NCBI GenBank assembly: GCA_964019335.1
Contig: OZ025687.1
Coordinates: forward strand, 62,001-126,000
DNA length: 64,000 nucleotides
Source: Diplonema japonicum
Taxonomy: Eukaryota; Protista; Euglenozoa: Diplonemea
Direction: 5' to 3'
The position numbers were made by a program, and so were the translations under genes. Position 1 is the stretch's first letter. Every line of letters starts with the position of its first letter. Under the pieces are notes generated by a model. It saw nothing but the letters and a program-made list of their open reading frames with translations. It was not told the DNA's origin and ran no database searches. This document shows positions 1 to 12,009 of this stretch, piece after piece.

Positions 1-311
1 ACGAAGATCTCGACGAACGACACGTACAACATGACACCGCTGGCGAGGGCCAGCGACGAGGCCAGAATCTTTGCCTCGGCAATCTTCCTCAACTGGGGGA
101 AGAAAGGCGTAGCACCGCCGATAGTGGTGGCGAGACCTGTGCATGTTAGTCTTTAAAAAATACCCATACCAGCTGCCAACGAGAGAATCACGGCGAGCGT
201 GACGTTCTCATCCTTGTCATCAGTGCTGTCCTTCTTTTCCGTCGTTGCCTGGGCCGCTACTCTGCTCAACAGGCAGAGCCCATACAACAAACCGATCGTC
301 TTCTTGTTCAT
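1..311 (-). CDS. zupT: ZIP/ZupT (GufA-like) zinc transporter, N-terminal part (runs off window start); intron 137-169
   Basis: ATG at 311 with a signal-like N-terminus. Removing the 33-nt GTATGG...ACTAAC...CACAG intron gives LSLAAGLATTIGGATPFF...ILASSLALASGVMLYVSFVEIF, the typical ZupT TM1-TM2 signature. Confidence 0.85.
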
Positions 312-460
312 TATAATATCCTGTAGGAAGTAAAGCCGGCATGGGGCGGCACAACTACACCTAAGCAATGTGTACAAAGTGTAAGTGCTGAGCACCTACG
401 TCTAATTTTGGGACGTGAGTATCTGCTCCCAAGGACTAATGAGAGAGGCTGTGCGGTCGT

Positions 461-3400
461 TTAGCTTCGTAAGCTCCAGGAGCTTCTCTTCTGAGGTAGC
501 ATACGACCCTGCTTGTGTTTGAGTTGCTCTGCGGTAATACCTTGGCTTTCATTCACAAATGAGACGCATGATTGCAGGCAAGTGACAAGCCTCTGCACCA
601 CATCAAGCATCTCGGTGTTAGATGCGTCACGTGTCGCCGTGCCCTCAGGGCACGGAGTCGGGACCGGTGGCGTGCTGTAGGTGCTGTCGGTGTGAAACTG
701 TTGCATCCGCTGCTCCATTTCAGCGATGCCAGATTCCTTGGCCAACTGCAACACAGTCGCCAGCAGGCCTGACGTTTTCGTGGCGCACACCGAGGTGTCG
801 ATAGGGCTCAACGTAGGCGATGCTTGAGACGAGTCGAGGATTTGGTTCCGCACGCTGCAAAGTAAAGGGTACATAAAGGGTATACTCACGAGCGGCACAT
901 ACCTCGTCTCCACGGCCTGCACTTTGTCAACAAAAGTGTTCACCTGTACTACTAGGCAGCAGCGTTCGGTGCGCCACTCCTGCGGGGTCGTGTCTTGACT
1001 AGCGTGACATACCTCAAATGTTTCACAAACAGGAAGAGAGGCCACGATGCTGGGTAAAGGTGCCTCCGTTCTAAAACACAAGACACGAAGCCCTTCATCA
1101 GGCTGCTGTCCAGCATGTGCTTCGAAGAGCCCTCTGCCGTCACGCGTGTCGACCTGCTTCACAGAAAGCACACGGAACACATTATCATCTTCAGGCTCCA
1201 GCGCTTCTTGCTTCACAGGAATATTCTCCGCATAAGCTCTCGAGGGGATGTATGTGCTGTGCATGATGTTGTGTGTGCCTTGGAATGCATACCTTTCCTC
1301 TTCCTCGTTGCACTCCGGGCACCGCAGTACATACATCTCCTCTAAGCCTTGCAATCGCGAGTTTACAAAAAAGTAGTTCTCAGGGGCCGGTGTCGTGAGC
1401 ATGGACGCCCTGCGCAGTGACGTCCTGGAAGGTGCCGGCTCCAGCTTCTGTATGGTGTCATGTGGCATAGCAAGCATACCATACTAACCTCCTCGATGTC
1501 TGCTTCAGCCGCCGCGACCATCTCCTTTAACACGGCTGCTGTTTCATAATTGCAAACACGTGTCAGGAGTTCCGTGGCCTGTGTTGATAAAAGGATCTTA
1601 AGAAGCACACCTGTCTGAGGTTATCGATCACATCCATCAGCGAGGGCTGATAAGATACATGCAGGTACTTAACGTAGTAATTCATGTGGTCGTCCGTTAC
1701 CATGGCGGGTACTACGGGGATCAGTTTGTACAGTGTTTCATGCGGCAAGATGCGGTGGACCTCTTTGGGGAGGGCAGGCTTGCCTGCTTCCCGAAGACAT
1801 TCAGACAGATGCAGAAGGAGAGCTGCAACAGCTATGTGTGTTCTAGATGCTTCTTGCGAGTCGAAATGGTACTTGTGTGCCAAGACAAGCTTCCGCATCC
1901 ACTCGATGCCTTCCTCAAGTGAGTAGGCGTCAAAGCAGATGCGAGAAACATGGAGTACAATTCTCCCATGCTCTTCTCTAATGTTCCTCGTTGCCTCTGA
2001 CTGGAGCTGTTCGTTGTGCTCTGCGATGCTGAGTAGATTCTGTGTCAACCATTTCGCTTCCACTTCTTTGCCGTTCTCCAGCTTCAGGAGGGCCCCTGCA
2101 GCTGACTTATCTATCAGCTTCAATGCACTCACAGGAACACCCAACTCAGCTACTTCTTTCATTAAGCACATATTCAGCCTCGCACCCTTCTCAGCCTTTG
2201 ATGCCAGTTTGATGATGGTACTGAGTGCGCTTATTCCGTGTTCAGCGTGGTCATCGCAAAGCATAGGGAAGACAATACCCACTATCTTCTGCATGGTGTG
2301 GTCTGACCACACGTCTGCGGCCCCCATCATGTGGATGACGAGGCCTAACGCCACACTTTTGTACTTGGCGCCGTTCTTACTTGACATCAACAGATGTAAG
2401 GTGTTAATGACGCTGGAAGTGCATCCTTTCGTGTCGCAGTACTGAACGCAGGTGTTCAGGATCACTGCAGTGGCATGGTCTACAAGCTGTATGGACCATT
2501 CGATTTTCTCGTCTGGCGTGCACAGTGCCTGCAACATCTCTGGTAGCACGTGTAGTACGTCTGTGATCTCCTCAATACTAACCCTCTTCTGATCCCACTC
2601 TTCACTGCCTTCTAAGATACCTACTGCCAAAAGTGAAATAGCTCTCATGTCTGCCTCTTCACTCTTCAGCAGTGAATCAAGCCGTTCTTCCAGGTCTGCT
2701 AACGCAGTTTGCTTCGCCACAATAGTCATGGCAATGGTTGTTGTTTCCTCCCTGAATTCCTGCGTTTTCTGCCCGTTAAAGTGGTCGGCTGTACTTTGCG
2801 CAAACTTTCGCATGCTACTGACCTGGTCTTTGTACGTTTTAATTGCGATCTCCAATCGCTCCTTCTCTTGTTCCGACTCTTTGCGGATTCCATGCCACGT
2901 GGTCAGCAACCGGTTCAGCAGTGGCGTGAACAACGTGGTTGCGTGCTGGTACTGCACAGTGGTAAAGGTACCACACCCCACGACGGTGCTGAAGCACTCG
3001 CCTATGACCTCAAGGACGTGGCTGCGGTGCTCTCGTGAACTCAGCTGATCACCCAATCTAATGGCGATGATTGCAATGTCTTTGACGAGAGGCAGGGGGT
3101 TTGCCACGCGTGACACGAATGCTTGTATCGAAGCGGCACTTGCGATGAGGTCCTTGCAGCTTAGCACCTGCTGCGTCAGTATCCCGATAACGTCGGGGCC
3201 GCGCAGAACACCTACGAGATCTGCGAGCGTCTCGCCCCACGTGATGCATACAACAGCTGGCATAGAGGTGGTACTGCATGCCTCAGCAAAAGAGAGGCCC
3301 AAGTTGCGAAAGGCGTTGTGTGCATCATCTGGCATTGGAGATGTCAGCAACAACGATCTCAGCACCAGTTGAAACACATGTCTGTGAACTTCCTTATACG

Positions 3401-5645
3401 CCAGCCCACCCCATATCCTCCTATTCTTCAGACATGAACTAAGCACAGCCAACAAGTGCTTCCACAAGTGGTAGTCATCGTCGCTCGGAACGAGTTCGTT
3501 GCTGTAAACAGCGTCGCAGTACCACGTCAGGGTGCTGGGGTCGGCACTCGCCACTCGACAGAAGATGGTCAAAATGCTGTCGAGGACAGCCTCCGACTCC
3601 GTTTTACACAGTAAGGCAAGAAGGAAGTTCATGACAACTGTGAAAAATCGTAGCAGTTCATCGACTTCGATGCTTGCAATGGAGTCGATCATGCTGGGCA
3701 GTGCGTCGTGGTGGCTGCTGTCTGTACATCTTACTGCCTTTGGCAGCCAGTTCAGCAAGGTGGCTAATTTCTCAGAGGAAGTAGACTGGTTCGGATGCAG
3801 CGTGCTTACAGGTCTTACCGAGAGCGTCAAGCACGCCTTGCCGTTGTCGCAGCAGTCCTTTTCCCGTCTCTCGTTGTACAGCATGTCGTAGTTCTCAGAA
3901 CCGTCATGGATCCTGGCGTAAGATTCGCACCCTGCGGAGAGCACGTGTAGCTCGTGTGCCGATTTCCTCACCAGGTAACCGTTGGGTGCTATGGGGAGGA
4001 ACGCATGGCCAACCAAAACGAGTGGGCTTTGCTTCTTCTTGAAGGATATGTGGTAGATGGTGATGAAGATGTGTAGGTCTGGGTGCAGGCACTCGGGGAG
4101 GGTGATGATGAACTCGTCGTCGAAAGATGGCTCCTTTTGGTGGAAAGACACGGCGGTGTATTGCCTGCTGACAAGACCCCGGCCATCTTTGTCAATCATG
4201 CATTGCGGCACAGGAGGAGCGTGCGTGTTGTGCTTTGTCCTTAACATGACTTCGACGATGAAGGTGCGGATGTCTGTGTCGCTGCGTATCTTCGGCTTGT
4301 ACAACGAGAGGCCATGAATGCGCAGGTAGAAATCGTTTCTGAACTGCTGCGGAGGCAGGGGTGGGACGGGCAGCTGAGGTGCGCAGGCTGTCATCACACT
4401 GCCCGCAACATAGCAATGCCGTATATTTTTACTCCCAAAGCTTTTAGCGGTCGGCGACAATGAGAGGGGGTGCACATGGTCAGCTGACACCTGTTCCATG
4501 CGTAAATTGATACTCACCATGATTTTGTCAAGCTTCCGCTTATCCTCTTCCAAGTGGTGCACGAAACAAGCATCAGCAGGCGTGGTCCCCTTACTCCTCC
4601 ACAGTGAAGAAGTGGCCAAGGCCCGCTCCATCCCATCGCCCCACGCCACATCCCCACCGTACAGTGGCAAAATACACCACCCAAGTTCTGTGCGCGTAAC
4701 CCACGTCCGCTCTGCTACATCCTGTGCTTTGGCACGAAGCTTCTCTGCGTCACTTGACTTCACCTTTGCAGACTTGTACATGTCGCCAACAAAGTTGTAG
4801 TCGTCACCGGTCAACAGCCGCTGCACCTTCAGCAGCAGATAGCACGGCGTGCTGCCAGCGTAAACGGAGTGTGGGATGTGCAACAAGCAGCTCTTAGGCT
4901 CCTTCCGCGAGTCATATTCCTCTTCATCCGGCCTGAACGGTCCCGAGTGAAAGGAGGTCCAGAAGGTTTCACATATCTTTCGTGGCTTATCTTCGTACGA
5001 CCAGCACGAGATGCCCACCCATAGCGGCTCCACGTCGCCATGTGTGTTGTGCAGCACTGTGGAGACGCTGTCGACAGAGACAGAGATCAGGACGGCGGGC
5101 CGCCAGGAAGCAGGGTAGATGAGGGGGTTGGACGAGCACATGCCTCTGCTTAGGAGGCCGCCCGATCCGCGATGGAGGGATTTGTTTTGTTTGTGGAGTT
5201 GGAGGCGTGCGTCGCGGGACCAGAGTGTGGGGGGCTTCAGGGGCACGTGGAGGCGGGTGCGAGCGTAGTGCAGGGGGTTGGCAATGAGGTCGCCAGTCTC
5301 GTCGTTGAAGCTATCGTTGCGAGCAGGCTGCGTGGGGGTGAACTTCTGGGGTGAGTTGGGGCTCGGTTCCGCAGCAGCGCACCTCATTGGCGGCTCGCCG
5401 TCTAGCCACACAGCAGCACGCCCCTTGCGCATGATGGCCACCACATCGTTGTCCTCCTCCACCACTCGGCTGATGTTCAACCACGGCTCACACCCACACC
5501 ACCGTCCCATCACGTCCTCTAGCCCAGCCCCGCTGCTCTTCCTCCTCCATTCTCCGGTCCAACAGCTCTCCCCAACCTCACGCTTCTTTACAATCGCCGT
5601 ATGCTCGTCCTTGAAGATATGTTCCCAGTCATCGCACTCACTCAT
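461..5645 (-). CDS. DOCK-family (DOCK-C/D-like) Rho GEF with C2/DHR-1 domain and divergent DHR-2 region; introns 1579-1610 and 1448-1479 (alternative donor 1488)
   Basis: DHR-1 motifs FRNDFYLRI, YTAVSFHQKEPSFDDEFIITLP, HIFITIYHIS, VGHAFLPI. Two phase-0 GT-AG introns join ORFs 1563-5645, 1363-1608 and 461-1477. Confidence 0.8.
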
Positions 5646-8018
5646 CTTGCACTAGAAATGTAAGTTACATCGGGTTATAAGGATAAAAGGGGAAGATAAA
5701 AATACGTGGAAATCTTTAGGCAGGGGGGAGGGACGAATAATAATAGTAATGAAAAGAAGGGAGCGTATGAAGGAACAAAAAGTAAGAGCGATACAGATCG
5801 TTTTTTTTTTCTTCTTTTTACAACGGTGTCAAAGGGGCGAGAACAAAACGCTGTTGCGTGTCCTCTGCTTCTTCGAGACTAAGGTTGCATGCCATTGTTT
5901 GGTTCTTGTTCGATTCTCTTCTTTCTTTTCTTTTTTGTTCTTCTTTTTAATACGGAAACGGATACAAATACAGACGGGGCCCTCACCTTTCCTAATGTGC
6001 TGTTTTTGTTAACATGGAAACATGGGACAGTCGGCCTGCCCTTATGCTTTCTTACTTTTTATTTCTTTTTTTTGAGACTACTAACTGGCATGTTAAGCAA
6101 ACTAAACTTGTATTCTTCTTCTTTCCCCCACCCAAGTCTGCAAGCAGAATTTCTTTCATCACGTGACCCGGAGCTTTACTTTCCACTCTCTTGGAAAAAA
6201 AAACCACGAGAAAAAAAAGAAGAAAAAGTTGTAGGTTGCAGACGGAGGTAATATATTCATTGTGTTTGTTTTCTCTTTAAATTATGGAAAAGGATGAGGA
6301 AGAGGAGAGAGAGGGGAGGGAGAGGGAGTGGATCCACTACTCGGGTCCCGTCCTCCCTCCGAGGGGTCGAAGTTGAAGTTCTTTTTTTTATTTTTTTTTT
6401 TTTTTTTTATTTTTAACTTTTTGCATTTTTTACGGAATTGAATTTTCAGAAAGAAGAAAAAAAAGAAAGAAAAGAACACGTATCTCTTAGTCCCAATGCG
6501 TGTAAAAAAAAAAAAAAAAAAAATACATTCCCTCCTAATCGTGATCCTTCCACTGTCGTCGGTTTTTTGACCTTTTTCTACACAACAGATTGGACACTTT
6601 TTCTTTTTTTTTTCTTTTTTTCTATTTCTACCTTCCTTCTCTTTGTGAACTTGCCGCTGCTTTTTTCTCCTTTGCGCAACAATAAAAAGATAACATGAAA
6701 CCATGCGCGGAAGAGGCTATGTTTGCAAACAAGTAGAACAGACAAAGGGAAAGGGGAGGTGAGATAAGTAAAGAGAGAGCGAGGGGGAGGGGGGGATCCT
6801 TAAATACATGCCGGAAAAAAAAAAAAACTCTTCTTCTGAGGGTGCTGGTTACCAGGTCCAACAGGTACCTCCCTCCCGCGGGAACCCTTGATCGGATTTT
6901 CACGTTTTTCGCGGCCCCGCCCCTGTTATGGAGGAAGCCGCCGTCCCGTCCAGTCGTTCTACTTTCACAAAGCTAAAGAAAAAGAAGAAGAAAAAAAGAG
7001 AGAGAGAAATACAGTAACACATCGTGACCACGAAAACAAAGCGCTCCTTTTCTCTCAGTAAGCCCTCAGGGAGAGACCCCCCCGAAGCGAAGGAAGGACG
7101 AGAACAGGGTAGCCGGCCCCTTGTTTAGCAGTAAAGAAAAGAAAAAAATAGTAAACAGTCTTTTTTGTTTCGACAAGTCAACGACCTGTTCTAGAAAAAA
7201 GAAGAGAAAAAAAACCACCGATTGGGAGGAAGGGGGGGAGGGAGGGAGGGAGGGAGGGGGTTTTTAAGTTATAGCCAGCAAACTCACCATCTTTTTTCTT
7301 CTTCTGTTTTTTAAGTCCAGTTGATGTAAACTAAACAAGCCGACCCCGTGAAATAGGGGAAGGGAAATAGGAAGAAAAAAAATTGAAACTGAAACTTTTT
7401 TTTCTTCACCCTCCTTCAGAAACACAAGTTACTAGGAGAGAGGAAGAGGAGGGCTAGCCTGATAAAATATTCAGGCGCTTCGCATAGAGTAGCTCACTTC
7501 ACACACAAGAAGGGTTTCGCAAAGGCTAGAAAAAGGAGGGGGGTGGGGAGGTACTCCACCCTAGCCCCATTTCACTACCCTTACGATTCGACAAAACATT
7601 TCTTTCTTATTTCTTCTGCCCTTAACTCTGCTGTGTTATGTACAATAGTTCGCTATTGTTTTTCTTCTTCTTTTTTATTTTTTTTCCTCTCCCTCCCCTC
7701 CCCCAAAAAAAAGTCGTTTTCTTTGGGGAACAGGTAATGCGATTACTAAGTTAGAAACTTATCACAAAACCAGTCTTCTGCCGCACCTACCGGAAACAAG
7801 AAAAAAAACCTTTTTTAAAGTTCTCTAATTGTATGTCTGTTTCTTTTTTTTTTTCCCTTTTCCTTCTGCTTTTTCCCTTCATGAATGATGATCAATCCTT
7901 TCAAAGAAACAGTGGGAGGGGGAAAAAAAAAACGTAACCCCCCTCTTACAACAATCAGGCCACCAACCAATGCTGGCCACTTCGAGGAGCATCGGTATCT
8001 TCGGTAAATCCTACTCGC

Positions 8019-8291
8019 CTACTCGCTGTAGAGGTATGCGGGGTCATCCTCATCTTGCGAGTGATGTATTTCAACAGTGCAGTCTGAAGTGTTGGAAGCT
8101 ACATCAGGCTCTATCTGCACTGCTTCGGGGCTAGCAGTGAGGGGTGGTGTAGGTGGTGCCACCGGATCCATCTTTTTTATATTGCACTCTTCCATGTTCT
8201 CGTTCCCATTCTCTTCCTCTTCTGCGGCACCTGTCCTACCCCGCAAAGGGAAACAGAATAACAGCCTCTTCACACCGAGCACACACGGCAT
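8019..8291 (-). CDS. Hypothetical small acidic/Pro-rich protein (~90 aa)
   Basis: Mixed-composition ORF on the coding strand within AT-rich DNA; no recognisable motif. Confidence 0.3.
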   Translation of the reverse strand: MPCVLGVKRLLFCFPLRGRTGAAEEEENGNENMEECNIKKMDPVAPPTPPLTASPEAVQIEPDVASNTSDCTVEIHHSQDEDDPAYLYSE

Positions 8292-8439
8292 TTGGATACC
8301 TACTATGCTGCTAGCGAAGAATATGGCAACAAAAAAAAAAAACAAGAAGAAAAACAACTTCTGATGTTAAAACATCAGTTGTCCTACATTATACAGAAAT
8401 CAAACTAAAAAAAAAAGGAAGTGGTGTCTTCTTGCTTGT

Positions 8440-10678
8440 CTATCTGGCTTCGATGAGCAAGTCATCCATCTTGTCGCTCTGTGCAGTGCAGTGAGTGTGT
8501 GTGGTGTGGTAGTGACCATACCGTCTGTGTCACTTGCAGGTTGTGGTCGTTGCAGAGGTGGAGAAGGGAGATGAAATAAAGCGAAATCGAAATCTGCGTT
8601 GTGTTGTGTTGTGTTGTGTTGTGATCTTGTACCTCATGGACATGGGCTGCTATCTTCATCTCCTTGACAATGGATTGCATGCCGTTGATCAGCGTTGAGA
8701 AGAGAGTGCTCTCTATCTTCCCGTCCCTCCCTTTTCGCCTGGTCATGCACTTCCACATGGTGTCCTTCAGCTTCTTGATGTCCACTACCTTTGCCTTCTT
8801 GGCGTAGTCTATGTTTAGGGTCTGCACCTCCTTGGGCCGCTCCACAATGTCTATGTCAGTCGGCAGTTCAGGAGGCTTCTCTTCATCCTCTCGTTGTTCT
8901 TCTTGGCCTTCCCCTTGTGGTAGCTCCATCAGGACTGGTGTTTCTTGCAAGGTGCTCATTGTGTTGAGAGTGTTGAAAAGCGGCTCCTCGTCGTTCATGT
9001 CGACGTCGTCATCAGCGCCCCACTCACCCCACTCCTCGTTCCCTGTGTCTTCTGCCTCCCGTGGTGGTGTGGCAATTACCTGCGTGAGTTCCTCGCTCAC
9101 ACCCACTGTCTGGTCTGCCTTCAGGACAGGGTGGTCGGCCTCTGTCCCATCTTGGTACACTTGCTTCTTGTGCACCATATTCCAGTGCGGTAGGCAGTTG
9201 AGCTTGAAAAAGGCCTCTGTGGTAACGAGGTGGTCGTCGGGTAGCAGGATCTTGTTGCTCCTCGCATGCTTCATGCTTACCTCCGCGTTGACGTAGTTCT
9301 CGATGAACGCTTCGTCTTCTTTCCGTTCTTCCCACTTGAGTCTGTCCTTCCCTCGTGGGAGCAGCTGGGCCACCGTCGACTTCGCAGGTGTCAGCTTCTC
9401 TCTGACCTCGTCGGTCATCTCCATAACGATGCCCTCGCTAGCCTGCTTCTTTTTGCGCTGTGTTTCTGTGGCAGTGTGCTGTGTTTGCCGCACCATCCTC
9501 CACCTGTTGGTGTCAAATGGGCCCTGCCACGCACCCACTTGCTTCGTCTGGTGCATTTCCAGAATCTCTGCCTCGCCCTCAGGTGCCAAGTTCAGTGTCG
9601 ACGCCACCAGATAGCTATCTTTGAATACTTTTATGTCTGCTTTTTTTTCCATGTTCTGCAGACGTTCTTCGACCTCTTTCTGCTCTTCCTTATCGGCGTT
9701 GAAGAGGGGTACCTCCTCCTGCACTGTGATCACAGGCCCATCGTCAATCAGCATATCGGGCATTTCGTATCCCTCGCCACCACCGCCACCGTCGTCGGAG
9801 TCGACTTCGTTTGCAGCATCAGGCAGCGCCACCTCTGCGAGGGGGGATGACGGCGGGACTTCCATTAGGACTTCTGACTCTTGCATGGGAGGGGCTTCTG
9901 CTGCAGTTTCGCTGGTCTCAGCTACTTTGGGAACCTCCTCCTTTTGTTTCCCGTCGTCTTGTATTTCCTCCAACACCGACAGATCGACCTCCCCCACCTC
10001 AAGCGGTGGTTCGGTGTCATCCACCGTCGCACCCATTTCCACAGTGTTGCTGTCTATCTGCACGTTCAGGAACTTCCCGAATGGGCAATTCATGAGAAGC
10101 AGCCCATTGGCGCCCCCTTGATCGAACCTGGAACTCGTCCGCGCGAACAATGGATCCACGAGGGCAGTCCTCTCTGTTTTGTTGAGGTTGATTTCATCTG
10201 GTGCTGCAATGGTTGTGGTGAGCACACGTCGTCGCTTCGCCTTCTCCTTCGGCTGCTGCGTCGTGCTTTCGTCGCCTTCAGGGACTTCCGGTTTTGCCTC
10301 TTCGCCCTTTGTAATGGCCGTCTGCACTTTTGAAGATTGCAGCAGCAGGGCGTCGACCTTATACGAAAACACCTTCGCCGCCGACTCGATTGCCACACCG
10401 CTTGTGTGGAAGTCGCCATCTGCACCGAGCTGCTTCGCCAACACGGGCAGGCTCTCGAACTGGTTCACGCTCCACGCGTTCTTTACGTTTATCTTGTTCT
10501 CCGATGCCTTCTGCAGGACGCCACCCCAGCTGTCCTTTATCTCTTTGATGTTCACAATGCCACCCACCACACGCCCCGCTCCTCCTGCCTTGCCGTACAT
10601 CTCGAGGCGGCGCTTTTTCTCCACCTCCTCTCGCTGCGCTTGCCGCTCGGCCGCATCCTTGTCTGCCTTCCTTTTCAT
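8440..10678 (-). CDS. NCAPH: Condensin I kleisin subunit (Barren/CAP-H); introns 8594-8632 and 8479-8521
   Basis: Motifs ENKINVKNAW, AAKVFSYKVD, DPLFARTSSRFDQGGANGLL, IDYAKKAKVVDIKKLK. The spliced C-terminus ISISLYFISLLHLCNDHNL...SDKMDDLLIEAR* matches the kleisin C-terminal pattern. Confidence 0.92.
8597..8622. repeat. (GTTGT)n pentanucleotide microsatellite inside a 39-nt in-frame intron
   Basis: gttgtgttgtgttgtgttgtgttgtg seen directly; it explains the QHNTT repeats in the ORF track. Confidence 0.85.
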
Positions 10679-10761
10679 CTTGTGGACCTGTTTTAAGAGT
10701 TTCTTGAATGAGTGATAAAAGCAGTTGAGCAAACACTCTTACAGCACTCTACTCTATGTCA

Positions 10762-10946
10762 CTATTGCACGCTGCATGCTCCATCTCTCCCTGGGGGTCC
10801 GGGGGGGCCTGGAGGTCCTATGGGCCCTATGTGTGGTTTTTCATTTTCTCATCGAAAGGAATACCAGGTGGACCCCTTGGGCCTGTTGCTGAAGCTGCCT
10901 TTGCTGGTGCTGCTGCTGCCTTTGCTGGTGCTGCTGCTGCTGACAT
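10762..10946 (-). CDS. 48-aa collagen-like (Gly-X-Y) microprotein with C-terminal CaaX; intron 10827-10864
   Basis: Spliced product MSAAAAPAKAAAAPAKAASATGPRGPPGPIGPPGPPGPPGRDGACSVQ*. Removing the 38-nt GT-AG intron keeps the Gly-X-Y register across the junction. Confidence 0.75.
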
Positions 10947-11520
10947 GTGTAAATTATGTGTAGTGCTGTCCGTGCGTCGGGAAGTGACACTTGAGTGGTT
11001 AAAAAAACAACTGAATAAAGGAAACACACATGAAAGTAAAAGTAAAACACAGTCGCTACAAGAGAGGGAGTACTGTTGGCGTTTCTTTTTGATTCTTGGT
11101 CGTTTTCGCTGCTCCGAGTTTTCTTCTTCTTCTTTTTTCTTAATCAAACAAAGGGAAGGGGGGCTCTTCCCCTTAACACTGTTCATGCTTCGCTGCAATA
11201 AAAAGAAAATACTATTTTCACTGATGGGGGGAGAAGTGTGAGCAACGACCCACCATTAGGGAAACAAAAGGGGGGGGGGAAGCAATACAAGAAAAGAAAA
11301 ACTGCATCGAAGCACAAGGGGAGGAGAGGGTGTCAATCACCTGTTAAAAAAAACGGAGAAAAAAACCCCGCATTTTGTTTGACAACCCGAAGGGGGAACA
11401 ACAACTAAAAGAAAGAAAAAAAGCGACTATCAAAAGCACTTCGGGGAGCAGCGAGGTCAGGGGGGGTAGGGTGCCAAGACGAACTGAGTTCACAAACTAT
11501 ACAAAAAAAACAAGAGGGGT

Positions 11521-11830
11521 AAAAAAAAAAATCGATGAAGTTTCAGTGTGCAAGGTGCTCACTGTCTAAGAAATCCATCCTATCGGTCACCGTTCTGCGG
11601 TGTTGCTGTCTGGTGCTCCTGTCATAGCCATGTGCCGTCGGGGCCCATGTCGCAGGGTGTGCACCCTCGACTGAACATTGGCACCCTTTTGCTGCGCAAC
11701 ACGGTCATGATGATCATCCTCTTCGCTCTTGTTCGAAATGGGTATTTGTCCCCACCTCGTGTTTCATCTCGCACACAATTGGCATGGCAGTGTCGGCATC
11801 CATTCTCCGCATCTCGACAAGGATCGTCGC
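11521..11830 (-). mobile_element. Degenerate, internally deleted 3' remnant of the retrotransposon family at 38890-45546
   Basis: Shares tttcagtgtgca..ggtgctcactg, atcggtcaccgttctgcgg, tagcc.tgtgccgtcggg and gtgcaccct-like blocks with 38903-39145. Confidence 0.85.
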
Positions 11831-12009
11831 GAAACTAACTCGAAAAAAACAAAGGGCAGCAATTCCAGACAGGGAAAAGAGTTGGGAGCGGGGAAATAGT
11901 ATAATAGGGCAGTACAAATGGGAGAGGGGAGGGTCATCTAAATATTCGGAAAAAAAAAAATTAAATCAAAGGAAATAGAAGCTCCACACAGACTATAGGA
12001 GCATTATCT

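Noticed and set aside
5749-7737. Poly-Lys/poly-Phe ORFs here and at 31739-32309, 56469-59303 and 60979-61827
   Set aside because: They arise from A/T homopolymers and show no coding signature.
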